A stretch of 40,935 nucleotides of DNA, from the IMG/VR virus record IMGVR_UViG_3300048849_000161, positions 1 to 40,935 of that record; one strand, written 5' to 3'. Origin of the DNA: a virus. Its lineage: Duplodnaviria; Caudoviricetes. Of the stretch, positions 16,250-26,097 are shown piece after piece (positions within the stretch are counted from its first letter, which is position 1; each line of letters begins with the position of its first letter). A program made the position numbers and the translations under genes. A model generated the notes under the pieces. The model was not told the DNA's origin. It did not search any database and saw only the letters and a program-made list of their open reading frames with translations.

Positions 16250-16758
16250 CCGCTCCCCTTCCAGAACAGCGCCGGCAGGCGATGAACGCCGCCCTCATCC
16301 GCGATCGCCTGTACAACGGCGCCGTCGCCCCGAAGAAGCCGGATGCCCTCTCTCTCGCGCTGGAAGAGAACAAGCGGCTGACCAACGAGCTGAACCAGGT
16401 TCGCGCCGAAAGCAGCGCCAAGGTTCGCCGCATCGCCCGGCTGCAGGAGGCTCTGGCTGCTGCGAAGCGGGATCTCCAGCAGTTCGAACGGTTTGCGAAG
16501 TTCATCTCGCACGAGATGCCGGCGCCCGACGAAATCATGTCTGACGTGATGAAGGATTTCCCAGACGTGACGTGGCAGCAGATCTTCAGCCACAAGCGAG
16601 CCTACCGGGTGGCGAGATGCCGGCACCTCTGCATGGCGGCAGTTCGCGAAAAGAGGCCGGATCTGTCGTTCCCGGACATCGGCAGGCTATTCAACCGTGA
16701 CCACACCTCGGTCATGCACGCCGTCAAGAAGATCGAAGCCGAGAGGGCAGCAGAATGA
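16246..16758 (+). CDS. DnaA domain IV-like HTH protein
   Basis: RHLCM...LSFPDIGRLFNRDHTSVMHAVKKI. Confidence 0.85.
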   Translation: MTAPLPEQRRQAMNAALIRDRLYNGAVAPKKPDALSLALEENKRLTNELNQVRAESSAKVRRIARLQEALAAAKRDLQQFERFAKFISHEMPAPDEIMSDVMKDFPDVTWQQIFSHKRAYRVARCRHLCMAAVREKRPDLSFPDIGRLFNRDHTSVMHAVKKIEAERAAE

Positions 16759-17075
16759 CAAACCGTTATGCGGCCTACGCGCATCGTATCCCAGGCGGCA
16801 AGTTCTGGGCAGTCGTCCGTTTCTGTCGCGACAGCCACCCCGCGCCCGTCCTCGACGAAGGCGCCAAGCCCAAGGTGTTCGCTTCCAAAGGTGAGGCCGC
16901 AGAAGAATGCCTTCGCCATGTGGTGGCCTTCATGAATGGGAGAGAGATCCGCGGCGAGCAGTTCGACGCGCCGGCCGTCTCAGTGAAAGAAGCGAAGTTC
17001 GCGGAAGCTGATCGGCAGCTCTTCCTCGGCGGGGGAAGAACGGTACAGGTCGAGCGGAAGGAGGCGAGGGTATGA
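16755..17075 (+). CDS. Hypothetical protein
   Basis: ATGA-coupled on both sides. Confidence 0.75.
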   Translation: MTNRYAAYAHRIPGGKFWAVVRFCRDSHPAPVLDEGAKPKVFASKGEAAEECLRHVVAFMNGREIRGEQFDAPAVSVKEAKFAEADRQLFLGGGRTVQVERKEARV

Positions 17076-17596
17076 TCGCCGTTGCCTCATACACATCAGA
17101 AGCCGAGCTCAAAGCCGCCTACCGCGCCCGCAGACAGCGTCTAGGCATGGAAGGCCCGAGACTGCTGGCGAGGCGAGAAACCGCGCCGGTGCGGGTGCAA
17201 GGGCAAGAGCCGCGCGATACGGAGTCGTTCCCGACCTACCAGCGCTTCATGGCGAAGAAGATACCGACGTGGCAGCTTGAAGACACCCACTTCAACCACC
17301 ACGAGACAGCATGGAAGTTCTGGAAAATTGAGACGCTCGCGGCAAACGGCTCTCCATTGAAGGCATACATTCGCCGCCGTGCGCTTGAGATGGGATTCAC
17401 CTATGCCGAGGTGATCGGACCTTCTCGGAAGGTGAAGCTCGTGGAAGCCCGGCATCAGATCATTTGGGAGATCAAGCGGGTTGTAAAGCCGGACGTATCA
17501 TACCCGGAACTGGGGCGTCTGTTCGGTGGTCGTGATCACACCACGACTCTTCATGCGGTCAGGCGCGTTGATGCTGAGAGGGCGAAGGCGCCATGA
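17072..17596 (+). CDS. Second DnaA domain IV-like HTH protein
   Basis: ARHQIIW...SYPELGRLFGGRDHTTTLHAVRRV. Confidence 0.85.
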   Translation: MIAVASYTSEAELKAAYRARRQRLGMEGPRLLARRETAPVRVQGQEPRDTESFPTYQRFMAKKIPTWQLEDTHFNHHETAWKFWKIETLAANGSPLKAYIRRRALEMGFTYAEVIGPSRKVKLVEARHQIIWEIKRVVKPDVSYPELGRLFGGRDHTTTLHAVRRVDAERAKAP

Positions 17597-18051
17597 GCAA
17601 CAACAGGGAAGCCCTGGCGATCTTGGAAGAGCTCGAGGTCGAGGTGGTGGCGAAGAACGTCATGCCTCGCCCCGGGCAGACGAGATCCGTGGCTACCCTG
17701 CAGCGCATCGTTCGACGGCACGGGGTGGACCATGCCCGAATGGTGATCATGCTCATCATGGAATCGGTCAACAACCGGGCCGCGCTGGACGAAGCAAGCC
17801 TTGGCGCCGTGTCCGACGTGCTGGCAGCCTTCAAGCGAACCTATCCGGGCATCTACGAGGCGAGCACCAGTGATCTATTCGCCTTCTTTGACCAGACTCC
17901 TATCGCCAATATCCGGGTGTTGTTCACCGAAGGGCTGGACGGTGTGGTAAACAAGAGAAGCGCATTGGCCGGGCAACTTTGGGAGCGTCTGGTCAGGAAA
18001 TTCGGGCAACACCAGGACGACTGGCTAGACGACAGAAGGGTGAGCGCATGA
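17593..18051 (+). CDS. Hypothetical protein
   Basis: ATGA-coupled, 152 aa. Confidence 0.8.
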   Translation: MSNNREALAILEELEVEVVAKNVMPRPGQTRSVATLQRIVRRHGVDHARMVIMLIMESVNNRAALDEASLGAVSDVLAAFKRTYPGIYEASTSDLFAFFDQTPIANIRVLFTEGLDGVVNKRSALAGQLWERLVRKFGQHQDDWLDDRRVSA

Positions 18052-18680
18052 CCATCGAAGAAATCGCAGAGATCATGGTGCAAGCGGCCGAAGTCGATCG
18101 CCGGCTTCCCGACACAGCCCGGCCCGCCCGCCTCAAGGCCATGGCAATCCCCTACCTTCACGATCAGAAGGACCAGAACGGCTGGGGCTCGGAACGATAC
18201 CAGGAGGAGAGAGCGGATTTCTTCGCCGCGCTGTCCACCCGCCTCACGAAGAACCAGATCGGTATCTGGGAAGTATCGATGGAGCTGATCAAGCTCTGCC
18301 AGAACGAAAGCCAAAGGCGCGCACTATGGGCCTGGGGCATGGCCAAGGCCGGCGGCATGTCACTCGCGAAGTGGGCAAGGAACATCGAACACATCCAGCC
18401 GGCCACTGCGGAATGGCGCGCAAAGCAGGCGATGCGGTCGATCCATCAAAAATTGTCAGGCAAAGACGATCTGCATATGGTTTCAGTGATGAATGACGAC
18501 TTGTCACAAGGGCCGGAAATCAGCGATAAAACACCTACAGTCGAGGCATGGCGCGACGAGGACGCAAGACCTCTCCGGTGCTACTTCGACACAGACATAG
18601 CCGGCTTGGAATATGCCGAGCTGCAGAATGCCCGACGCCGTGAGCGGAAGGCGCGCAAGCAGCAGAGCCAAGCGGCTTAG
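18048..18680 (+). CDS. Hypothetical protein at Q position (candidate late-gene regulator)
   Basis: Last early gene; HTH-like SLAKWARNIEHIQPATAEWR; followed by structured leader and terminator. Function inferred from position. Confidence 0.5.
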   Translation: MTIEEIAEIMVQAAEVDRRLPDTARPARLKAMAIPYLHDQKDQNGWGSERYQEERADFFAALSTRLTKNQIGIWEVSMELIKLCQNESQRRALWAWGMAKAGGMSLAKWARNIEHIQPATAEWRAKQAMRSIHQKLSGKDDLHMVSVMNDDLSQGPEISDKTPTVEAWRDEDARPLRCYFDTDIAGLEYAELQNARRRERKARKQQSQAA

Positions 18681-18854
18681 AGGTTCAAGGGCGTGCGCAG
18701 TGTGCATGTCCTTCCAGATCGGGAAGCCTGCCGCGATATGTGGCAGGGAATTCACGGCAGGGAACTGATCAGCCCGCTAGCCCAGTAGGGTGAGAGCCAA
18801 GCCGGACGCTGTTACCGGCCTTCCCGTACTTCATCCCCGTGGCAACACGGCTTC

Positions 18855-18889
18855 ACCTCGTCGGCTCCGGTCGGCGGGGTTTCTCGTTT
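18855..18889 (+). terminator. Intrinsic terminator upstream of late genes
   Basis: ACCTCGTCGGC-TCCG-GTCGGCGGGGT hairpin (UNCG loop, G-U pairs) followed by TTCTCGTTT. Confidence 0.6.
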
Positions 18890-19013
18890 CAAGAAGTCCG
18901 CCCCGGACGTGCAGGACAATGGCCCCGGCGCTTGGAAGGCAGGGAAAGTGATGCCCCTGCGACGGCAGAACGTTCCGCACCCGGCGGCACCGGGGAAACA
19001 AGGAGAAGACGCC

Positions 19014-19265
19014 ATGAGCGTACAAGCAATGTTCTACGTGAAGGAAATCAACCACCGCGCCACCAATCAGGCGGATGCGGTGAATGTCGAGGTCAAGCTG
19101 TCGGCGGCATTCGGCGGCTATCTGCAGGGCTTGCCCGAAGGCAACGGCGATTGGTCGAAGTGGACGCCATCCGGCGAGCTTTCGATGACCATCACCAACC
19201 CGGAGGCGATCGAGCAATTCGAGATCGGCGCCGTATATTCGCTGACCTTCGATAAGGCTAGCTGA
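19014..19265 (+). CDS. Conserved-type hypothetical phage protein
   Basis: SD AAGGAG; WSKWTPSGELSMTITNPEAIEQFEIG motif. Confidence 0.8.
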   Translation: MSVQAMFYVKEINHRATNQADAVNVEVKLSAAFGGYLQGLPEGNGDWSKWTPSGELSMTITNPEAIEQFEIGAVYSLTFDKAS

Positions 19266-19378
19266 TCAGAATTGAGGAGGCGAGGCCTGCAGCGGCCCGC
19301 CTCCATCCGGTGTCTCAATCTGTGCCCAGCGACCAGGGCAGAGGTCGCGACACCATCCCGCACGCTTCGAGGTCCACC

Positions 19379-19636
19379 ATGAGCAAGCTGTTCCTCATCA
19401 TCTACGCCGGCGCTCAAATCGGTGGCGCTGCCGGCCCGCTCCCCTATGGGATGGATGAGTGCGAACGCCGCCGTGATGAATTTCGCGCTGCGCAGACTGA
19501 AGTCCTCGCCACGGGCTTCTCCAAGGCGGAAGGCCGCAAGGTAACGCAGGACGAGATCGAAGACCTCAAGCAGGTTCGGTTCGAATGCGAATACCGTGAG
19601 GCGCGCCCCGTCGTAGCGCGCAGCCAGGAAGCATGA
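19379..19636 (+). CDS. Hypothetical protein
   Basis: SD GAGG, start MSKLFLII. Confidence 0.6.
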   Translation: MSKLFLIIYAGAQIGGAAGPLPYGMDECERRRDEFRAAQTEVLATGFSKAEGRKVTQDEIEDLKQVRFECEYREARPVVARSQEA

Positions 19637-19998
19637 TGGCTGAAACCTTCCACTTCGGCGAAGTCACGGTAGAGATCGCTGATGGCCTGACGGTCACGCG
19701 CCTGCCTGACGGCGGGATAGTGCCAGCAGAACACCGGGAACAGCCAGGGCAGGCAGAGCTTGCGCAAGACCTCGGCTACGCCACTGCGGAAGAGATGAAC
19801 CGACAGCATGACCTGCTGCACAGCCTTTTGAGCCATATGCTCGGGCTCCCGGCATCGCCAACCCTGCAGGGCGTAGGCAACATGCGGTTCTGTCCATACT
19901 GGCGCGAGGAAGAGAACGCGGTGTTCGCCATCGCTGCCTATGCCAACGTGGCCGGTGTGGATCTCACGGATGTGGCGAGAAGGTGGAGCGAGGACTGA
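19633..19998 (+). CDS. Hypothetical protein with HxxxH motif
   Basis: QHDLLHSLLSH...EEENAV; ATGA-coupled. Confidence 0.7.
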   Translation: MMAETFHFGEVTVEIADGLTVTRLPDGGIVPAEHREQPGQAELAQDLGYATAEEMNRQHDLLHSLLSHMLGLPASPTLQGVGNMRFCPYWREEENAVFAIAAYANVAGVDLTDVARRWSED

Positions 19999-20198
19999 CT
20001 GGAACGGGGCACAATGGCTGATCGTGTTCGTCATGGTTGTTCGCTCCATCATCGGAGCCTCTCAAGCTTATGGCCTCATCACGGTCAAGGAGAGGCAGCA
20101 AACCCCTTGGGGCAAGTATTGGTCGCGGCGCTTTGGTGATGCCGTGCTGCTCGCTGTCCTGATCTGGGGCGATTTCTTCTAAAAGAGGCAGAGGCATA

Positions 20199-20549
20199 AT
20201 GGCACTGCGCTACAAGCCCGAGCACAACAAGCTCTACAAGGACAAGCGCTGGCCCGGCCTTCGGGAGAGGGTCTTCCTCCGGGACAACTACACCTGCCAG
20301 TGGCCTGGCTGCGGCAAGCTCCTCATAGGCAAGGGGCGAGGTAACCCTGACGCTCCAGTAGCCCACCATAAGGTAGACCACAAGGGCGACATGCGCCTGT
20401 TCCTGGATGAGAGCAACATCATTGCGGTCTGTGCTGCCTGCCATGACAGGGACGCCCAGAAGGCCACACACAGGGGCTATGTGACTGGCCATGATGAAGA
20501 CGGCCGACCCATAGACCCGCACCACCCATGGAACCGGAGAACAGCATGA
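20199..20549 (+). CDS. HNH endonuclease (HK97 gp74-like packaging nuclease)
   Basis: RDNYTCQWPGCG...HHKVDHKGD..LFLDESNIIAVCAACHD; upstream of terminase. Confidence 0.9.
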   Translation: MALRYKPEHNKLYKDKRWPGLRERVFLRDNYTCQWPGCGKLLIGKGRGNPDAPVAHHKVDHKGDMRLFLDESNIIAVCAACHDRDAQKATHRGYVTGHDEDGRPIDPHHPWNRRTA

Positions 20550-20851
20550 ACACCGAAGACATGGAACTCGCTCTCGCCTACTGGCGCACCATGGCTCCCC
20601 AGCCCAAGGCCATCATCTACACCAACGCCATCGAGGCAAGACTGAAGGGCGTCGAGACCAAGGAGATGGTCATCGACCACGAGCTGAGCAACGCCATCAC
20701 CCGCGGTGCATCCATCGCCAGGGGGCGGGGCATGGATCTCGCTGCCAAGGGCAACCAGAAGGCAGAGACCAGCGCCACAGAGCCTACCAAGGCGACTGAG
20801 ACCGCAAAGACGAAGGCCAAGAGGACGAGCAGGGCCAAGACCGCCGAATAG
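20546..20851 (+). CDS. Hypothetical protein with low-complexity K/T/A tail
   Basis: ATGA-coupled to HNH gene. Confidence 0.65.
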   Translation: MNTEDMELALAYWRTMAPQPKAIIYTNAIEARLKGVETKEMVIDHELSNAITRGASIARGRGMDLAAKGNQKAETSATEPTKATETAKTKAKRTSRAKTAE

Positions 20852-20949
20852 GGCGCCACCACCCCCTCAAATGTTAAAGACCCCCCTTTGAGCCTGCACC
20901 CGCGTCCCACAAACATTTTCACCGAAAGCAGTCCGCAAGGGAGGGTAGG
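20852..20949. other. Probable cos/packaging region
   Basis: Non-coding gap between HNH module and terS with C-runs; positional inference from HK97-like phages. Confidence 0.4.
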
Positions 20950-21354
20950 GTGAGCAAAGTCGTCCAACCTGCCTACACCAGGGTATTCGAGGGCAACGAG
21001 GCCCGCTGTGAGCTAGCAAAGCTACTGTGGAAGGAAACGGTCGCGGCCCTCAAAGAGGCTGATGCGGTGACCACTGTGAACCTTGCCCGCGCCGATAGGT
21101 ATGTCAGGGCAAAGGTCGAATACGAAGACCTCTACAAAACCGCTGCGGCAGAGGGGCCGGTGCTGAAGGGCACCGAGGGCGGAGAGTATTTCAACTATCG
21201 CTGGTCGGCCTGCGAGAAGCTGAATGACCGGCTTCAGAAGCTAGAAAAAGCGATGTTCGGGGAGACTGTCCTTCGTTCGGTTGATAGCAAACCCGTTGGC
21301 GAGAGCGCACCCAGTGACGAATTCCTCCGACCCGACGACGGACTACGCCAATAA
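20950..21354 (+). CDS. terS: Terminase small subunit (P27-like)
   Basis: Upstream of TerL; DRYVRAKVEY...EGPVL..EYFNYRW pattern. Confidence 0.75.
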   Translation: MSKVVQPAYTRVFEGNEARCELAKLLWKETVAALKEADAVTTVNLARADRYVRAKVEYEDLYKTAAAEGPVLKGTEGGEYFNYRWSACEKLNDRLQKLEKAMFGETVLRSVDSKPVGESAPSDEFLRPDDGLRQ

Positions 21355-23098
21355 GGTTGTCTCCGGCGAGATCATTGCTGGACGGTTTGTACGGGCTTCC
21401 TGCAAGCGCCACCTTGAGGATCTGAAGAGCGGGCCATCACGGGGCTTTCGATTCGACACTGAGGAGGCGGCAAGAGCATTCCGGTTCTTTCCGGCAATGT
21501 TTACGGTCACGGCCGGGACGAAGGCAGGCCAGCCGTTCCATCTGCTGGACTGGATGGTCTTCGTCGTCGGAAGCCTGTTCGGCTGGCGGAATAAAGATGG
21601 CACCCGCCGCTTCCGGCACGCATGGATTGAGACCGGCAAGGGGCAAGCGAAGTCCCCGCTCATGGGCGCCATCGGCGTCTACATGATTGGCTTCTGCGGG
21701 GTTCCCCGGGCTGAGGCCTACGCCATCGCGAACGACAGGGACCAGGCAAAGGTTCTGTTCTCAGATGCCGTGGCGCTCTGCAGGGCGGAGATCCCGGGCA
21801 AGCGCGGGGCAACGCTCGAGAGCATCGGCAAGGTCATCATCCGCGGCGTTGGCGATAATGCCTGGAAGATCGAAGTGCCCGACAGCGGATCGAAGTTCCT
21901 GCCGGTCGCCTCCGGTGACAGCATATCGGGCCCGAAGCCGATCGCAGTGTTCGGGGACGAGATCCACGAGATGCGCTCCGACAAGGGGATCCAGTTGTGG
22001 AAGGCGGCGATCGACAAGATGCCGGGCGATCCGCTGATGATCCTTGGGACCAACACGCCGGCCTCTGACCAGGCGGTGGCGACGGATCTCTCGGAGTTCT
22101 ACCAGCGTGTGGCGGAAGGCTTGATCGAGGACGACAGCGCCTTCTCCTACATCGCGCGGATTGATGAGACCGACGACCCGTTCACGGACGAATCCTGTTG
22201 GGTGAAAGCCCTGCCGGCGCTCGGTGTGACGTACCCAATCGAGAACGTGCGCCGCCGAGTAGAGACCGCGAAGCACATTTCGTCCGAAAGACTGGCCACG
22301 GAACGGCTCTATTTTGGCAAGCCGGTCGGTTCTTCTGGCTTCTGGCTGGAGGATGAGGCGGCATGGAGGGCGGTTCAAGCCCCTGTTTCGGAGGAAAATC
22401 AGGTCAATATTGCCTGTTTTCTGGCACTCGATCTGTCGAAAAAGAACGATTTGACCGCACTTTCCGCCTGCTGGCGCGACAAGAACGACGGTCTGACAGC
22501 AAAGACTTGGTACTGGACGACAAAAGGCGGGCTGGCGCGGCGTGAAGCTGACGATCGGACGCCTTATTCGGCCTACGGGGCGCAAGGCTTCCTGACCATC
22601 TGCGACGGCGAGGTGATTGATTACACCTTCGTCGCCCAGCGGGTTGCGGAGCTCGTCGCCAGCCAGAAGGTCGACAGTCTGACGGTGGACCCGGCCTATG
22701 TTTCGGACTTCATCGCCGCCTGCGACCAGATCGGGCTACAGGTCTGGCGCTACATGGGTCCGAAGGATCCGGCGGGCATCGGATTGAAGATCGTCACCCA
22801 CGCCCAAGGGACCCGCATCGCCTTTGAGGACCGGCAGCTTTGCATGCCGCACTCGATCAGCCGCCTGACGGACAAGATCCTGAACCGGCAGATCACGATC
22901 GACGCAAACAAGATGACCGACGTCTGCGCCTCAAACGCCATCCTCGTGGCGGATGGTGTGGGCAACCAGGCATTCGACAAACGCCGCTCTCGCGGGCGCA
23001 TCGACGGGATGGTCTCCATCGCCATGGCGGTGGGTGCTTCTAAGTCGGAGCGGAAAGGCAAGCGCAGCTACATGGAAAGCGGAGTTTTGTTCACATGA
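21314..23098 (+). CDS. terL: Terminase large subunit
   Basis: Walker A ETGKGQAKS, Walker B FGDEIHE, nuclease ALDLSKKNDLTA and RIDGMVS; GTG start chosen (ORF open from 21281). Confidence 0.95.
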   Translation: MTNSSDPTTDYANKVVSGEIIAGRFVRASCKRHLEDLKSGPSRGFRFDTEEAARAFRFFPAMFTVTAGTKAGQPFHLLDWMVFVVGSLFGWRNKDGTRRFRHAWIETGKGQAKSPLMGAIGVYMIGFCGVPRAEAYAIANDRDQAKVLFSDAVALCRAEIPGKRGATLESIGKVIIRGVGDNAWKIEVPDSGSKFLPVASGDSISGPKPIAVFGDEIHEMRSDKGIQLWKAAIDKMPGDPLMILGTNTPASDQAVATDLSEFYQRVAEGLIEDDSAFSYIARIDETDDPFTDESCWVKALPALGVTYPIENVRRRVETAKHISSERLATERLYFGKPVGSSGFWLEDEAAWRAVQAPVSEENQVNIACFLALDLSKKNDLTALSACWRDKNDGLTAKTWYWTTKGGLARREADDRTPYSAYGAQGFLTICDGEVIDYTFVAQRVAELVASQKVDSLTVDPAYVSDFIAACDQIGLQVWRYMGPKDPAGIGLKIVTHAQGTRIAFEDRQLCMPHSISRLTDKILNRQITIDANKMTDVCASNAILVADGVGNQAFDKRRSRGRIDGMVSIAMAVGASKSERKGKRSYMESGVLFT

Positions 23099-24273
23099 AG
23101 CTGTGGCCCTTCACCGAGAAAAAGGACTGGGACCGTAACGGGAACCGCTTCCTGCAGGAATACGTCATCGAGCGCCAGATCCTGGCCAGCGAGAAGCACC
23201 TGAAGGTTACCGCGGCACTGGCTGCCGGTCTCCGGATTGCCGAAGGTGTCGCGGCCATGCCGATCATCACCGGCAAGAAGTCCTATGATGAGAGCGGACG
23301 GATGATCCGGACTCCGGTAGTTGACAGCGATCTTGCTGAATGCCTGACGTTCCGGCCCAACGACTACATGACGCCGGTCGAGTTCGTGGAATGCCTGACC
23401 ATGCACGCGGTCTTTGAGGGCGTCGGGCGGGCATACATCGATCGAGGCTATCGCGGGCGGATCAAGCGGCTCATTCCTGTTGTGGATGGTCAGGTTTCGC
23501 TCCGGAAAGATCCGGAAGACGCCACTGTGATTTACAGCGGCACGATCCCAGGCATCGGGCACCGGGACGACATGACCCGGCGGGACTTCATCGAGATCAC
23601 CTCGCCTCGGTGGCAGGATATCGAAGGCCTCGACATCTCGACGGAGATCAAGAAGGTTCTCTCCCTCGCCATGACGCTGGAAGACCGGCAGTCGGATGAC
23701 GGCAAGCGAAAGGCTGTTCCTGGCTACCTGACCACCGACCAGGTTCTGGGCGAGGAGAGCGCGAAGCTCGTCCAAGAGGCCTTGAAGGACAAGCTGCAGG
23801 GCGCCCCGATCTTCGACATGGGCGTCCTCTACAAAAGCATCGTGCCGACGCAGGCTGAAATGCAGCTCATGGAGACCCGTCGCTTCCTTATCGAGGAGGT
23901 AGCCCGGGCCTACGGCATTCACCCCATCTTCCTCGCCCATGACGCCGCCGGCCAGTCGCTGACGCGCATCTCGGACGCGATGGATTACCACGTCACCGTG
24001 ACGCTGCGCCCCTGGGCGAACCGCTGGGAGCAGGCAATCGCCTTCTCGATGCTGAAGCCGGGCGAATACGTGAACCTGGACGAGACGCAATACTACCGCG
24101 GCGACCTCAAGACCTGGGGCGAATACGCGGCCAAGGCTCTCGGCAACAACACCGCGTGGGAAACGCAGAACGATATACGCTCCCGGATGGGGCAGAACCC
24201 GATCGCGGGCGGTGACGTGTTACCGAAAAACGAGGCAAGCAATGGACCTGGAAACGAAATTCGCCCGTCTTGA
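23095..24273 (+). CDS. HK97-type portal protein
   Basis: RPNDYMTPVEF, QLMETRRFLIEEVARAYGI, NDIRSRMGQNPIAGGD. Confidence 0.93.
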   Translation: MKLWPFTEKKDWDRNGNRFLQEYVIERQILASEKHLKVTAALAAGLRIAEGVAAMPIITGKKSYDESGRMIRTPVVDSDLAECLTFRPNDYMTPVEFVECLTMHAVFEGVGRAYIDRGYRGRIKRLIPVVDGQVSLRKDPEDATVIYSGTIPGIGHRDDMTRRDFIEITSPRWQDIEGLDISTEIKKVLSLAMTLEDRQSDDGKRKAVPGYLTTDQVLGEESAKLVQEALKDKLQGAPIFDMGVLYKSIVPTQAEMQLMETRRFLIEEVARAYGIHPIFLAHDAAGQSLTRISDAMDYHVTVTLRPWANRWEQAIAFSMLKPGEYVNLDETQYYRGDLKTWGEYAAKALGNNTAWETQNDIRSRMGQNPIAGGDVLPKNEASNGPGNEIRPS

Positions 24274-24892
24274 AGACGAGACGGTGAAGGAGGACGGCAC
24301 CATCTCCGGGTACGCCTCCCGGTTCAACATCAAGGACCATGGCGGCGACATCGTCGTGTCCGGCGCGTATGCCAAGAGCATTTCGGAGCGCCGGCCTTTG
24401 ATGCTCTGGAGCCACGACATGAAGCAGCCGATCGGCATGTGGACGAAGGTGGAAGAAGATTCCATCGGTCTTCGGGTCGAGGGGAAGCTTGCCTTGAGCA
24501 CCGTCAAAGGCAGGGAGACCTACGACCTGATCAAGATGGGCGCCATCAACGGCATGTCCATCGGCTACAAGGCGATCAAGACCGGCAGGGAAGGTGCTGC
24601 GCGCCTCCTGAAGGAACTCGCGCTGTTCGAGGTCTCCATCACTCCCATGCCGATGCTCGACTCCGCGACAATCGATGCGGTGAAGAGCGTCGATGATATA
24701 ATTTTGGCGACGAAGTCCGGTGACTACGCGCCTCTGAAACGTGCCGTGGAAGGTGCCCTGCGTGACGCGGGCTTCCCGGCATGGCTGGCGAAGGCCCAAG
24801 CGGCTCTCGCCCCTCAAACTCTGGGCGATGGACAGCGTGACGCGTCCGCTTCGGAGATCGCGAAGCTGATCAAGACCAGCTTCACTGTCTGA
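24242..24892 (+). CDS. HK97-type prohead protease
   Basis: ISGYASRF, GDIVVSGAY, MLWSHD, GMSIGY, LFEVSI. Confidence 0.93.
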   Translation: MDLETKFARLEDETVKEDGTISGYASRFNIKDHGGDIVVSGAYAKSISERRPLMLWSHDMKQPIGMWTKVEEDSIGLRVEGKLALSTVKGRETYDLIKMGAINGMSIGYKAIKTGREGAARLLKELALFEVSITPMPMLDSATIDAVKSVDDIILATKSGDYAPLKRAVEGALRDAGFPAWLAKAQAALAPQTLGDGQRDASASEIAKLIKTSFTV

Positions 24893-24914
24893 CCCCATCA
24901 TTCGGAGAAACGAG

Positions 24915-26081
24915 ATGGATCTGGAAATCAAAGAGGCGCTCGACAGCGCCGCTACCATGATGCGCGAGATCAAGAAGGCTCAGGAAGATCTTTCCTCGCA
25001 GCTGAAGGTTCTTGACGAGAAGAAGGCCTCCGGTGCCGATATCACCGATATCAACGGCCGGATCGAGGAGAAGTCGAAGGAGCTTGCCGAGCTTGGCGAG
25101 AGCTTCACCGATCTCCAGAAGAAGATGAGCGCCCGCCGCGACGAAACCAAGTCGTTCGGGCGTCTCGTCGCCGAGCAGAAGGACTTCGGCGATCGCATTC
25201 GCTCCGGCGAACGCATCGAGATGAAGGACATCACCTCGGCGTCCTTCGGTGACGTCACCCTCCCGGCCGGCGCCCGTCGCCAGAACCGTGGCCTGATCGC
25301 TCCCACCACCCAGGCTCTCTTCCTGCGTGATGTGATCCCGACTCTTGCCACGACTGCAGCGGTGATCGAGTACCTCCAGGAAACCGGCTACACCAACGCG
25401 GCTGCAACTGTCGCTGCCGGCGCCCTGAAGCCTCAGTCGGATCTCACCTTCGCCGGCAAGTCCGCGCCGATGGTGAAGATGGCTCACTGGTTCCGCGTCA
25501 ACGAGGAAACCCTCGATGATGTGGACGGCATGGAAGGCTACATCAATCAGCGTGGCCTCTATGGTCTCCAGCTGAAGGAAGAGCAGGAAGTCCTCAACGG
25601 CCCCGGAACGGCAAACCGTGTCGACGGCCTGATCGCCAACTCCACGACCTACGACAACACCACCGTTCCCGGCGTAGTGCCTGTCAATGCCATGGACGAC
25701 ATCCGTGTTGCCATCGCGCAGGTTGCCGAAGCCGATCTGATGGCAACCGCCGTCGTCATGAACCACCTCGACGCTGCGGCGCTCGATCTGTCGAAGGACG
25801 CTGACGGTCGCTACCTCCACCCGGCCTTTACCGGCAACACCGCCTGGGGCCTCCCGGTGGTGCGCACCAAGGGCCTCACGCAGGGCAACTTCCTTGTCGG
25901 CGGCTTCGTCGGCAATACGATCCTGTGGCAGCGCAAGGGCATCGAGATCCGCCGTTCGACGGAAGATCGCGACAACTTCATTGCCAACAAGGTCACGATC
26001 CTCCTGGAAGAGCGCATCCAGCTGGAAACGCTGCGTCCGGAAGGCATCGTCTACGGCGCCCTGACGGCCGAAGCTCCTTAA
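24915..26081 (+). CDS. HK97-fold major capsid protein
   Basis: N-terminal coiled-coil delta domain; KPQSDLTF, KDADGRYL, WGLPVV, EERI. Confidence 0.95.
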   Translation: MDLEIKEALDSAATMMREIKKAQEDLSSQLKVLDEKKASGADITDINGRIEEKSKELAELGESFTDLQKKMSARRDETKSFGRLVAEQKDFGDRIRSGERIEMKDITSASFGDVTLPAGARRQNRGLIAPTTQALFLRDVIPTLATTAAVIEYLQETGYTNAAATVAAGALKPQSDLTFAGKSAPMVKMAHWFRVNEETLDDVDGMEGYINQRGLYGLQLKEEQEVLNGPGTANRVDGLIANSTTYDNTTVPGVVPVNAMDDIRVAIAQVAEADLMATAVVMNHLDAAALDLSKDADGRYLHPAFTGNTAWGLPVVRTKGLTQGNFLVGGFVGNTILWQRKGIEIRRSTEDRDNFIANKVTILLEERIQLETLRPEGIVYGALTAEAP

Positions 26082-26097
26082 TCCTGACGAGGGCAAG

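Noticed and set aside
18681-19013. tRNA or hammerhead ribozyme
   Set aside because: No cloverleaf with a T-loop motif; CTGATCAG differs from the CUGANGA core and no properly placed GAAA/stem III was found.
19940-20182. Small membrane protein ORF
   Set aside because: Plausible hydrophobic frame but no convincing start/SD; left unannotated.
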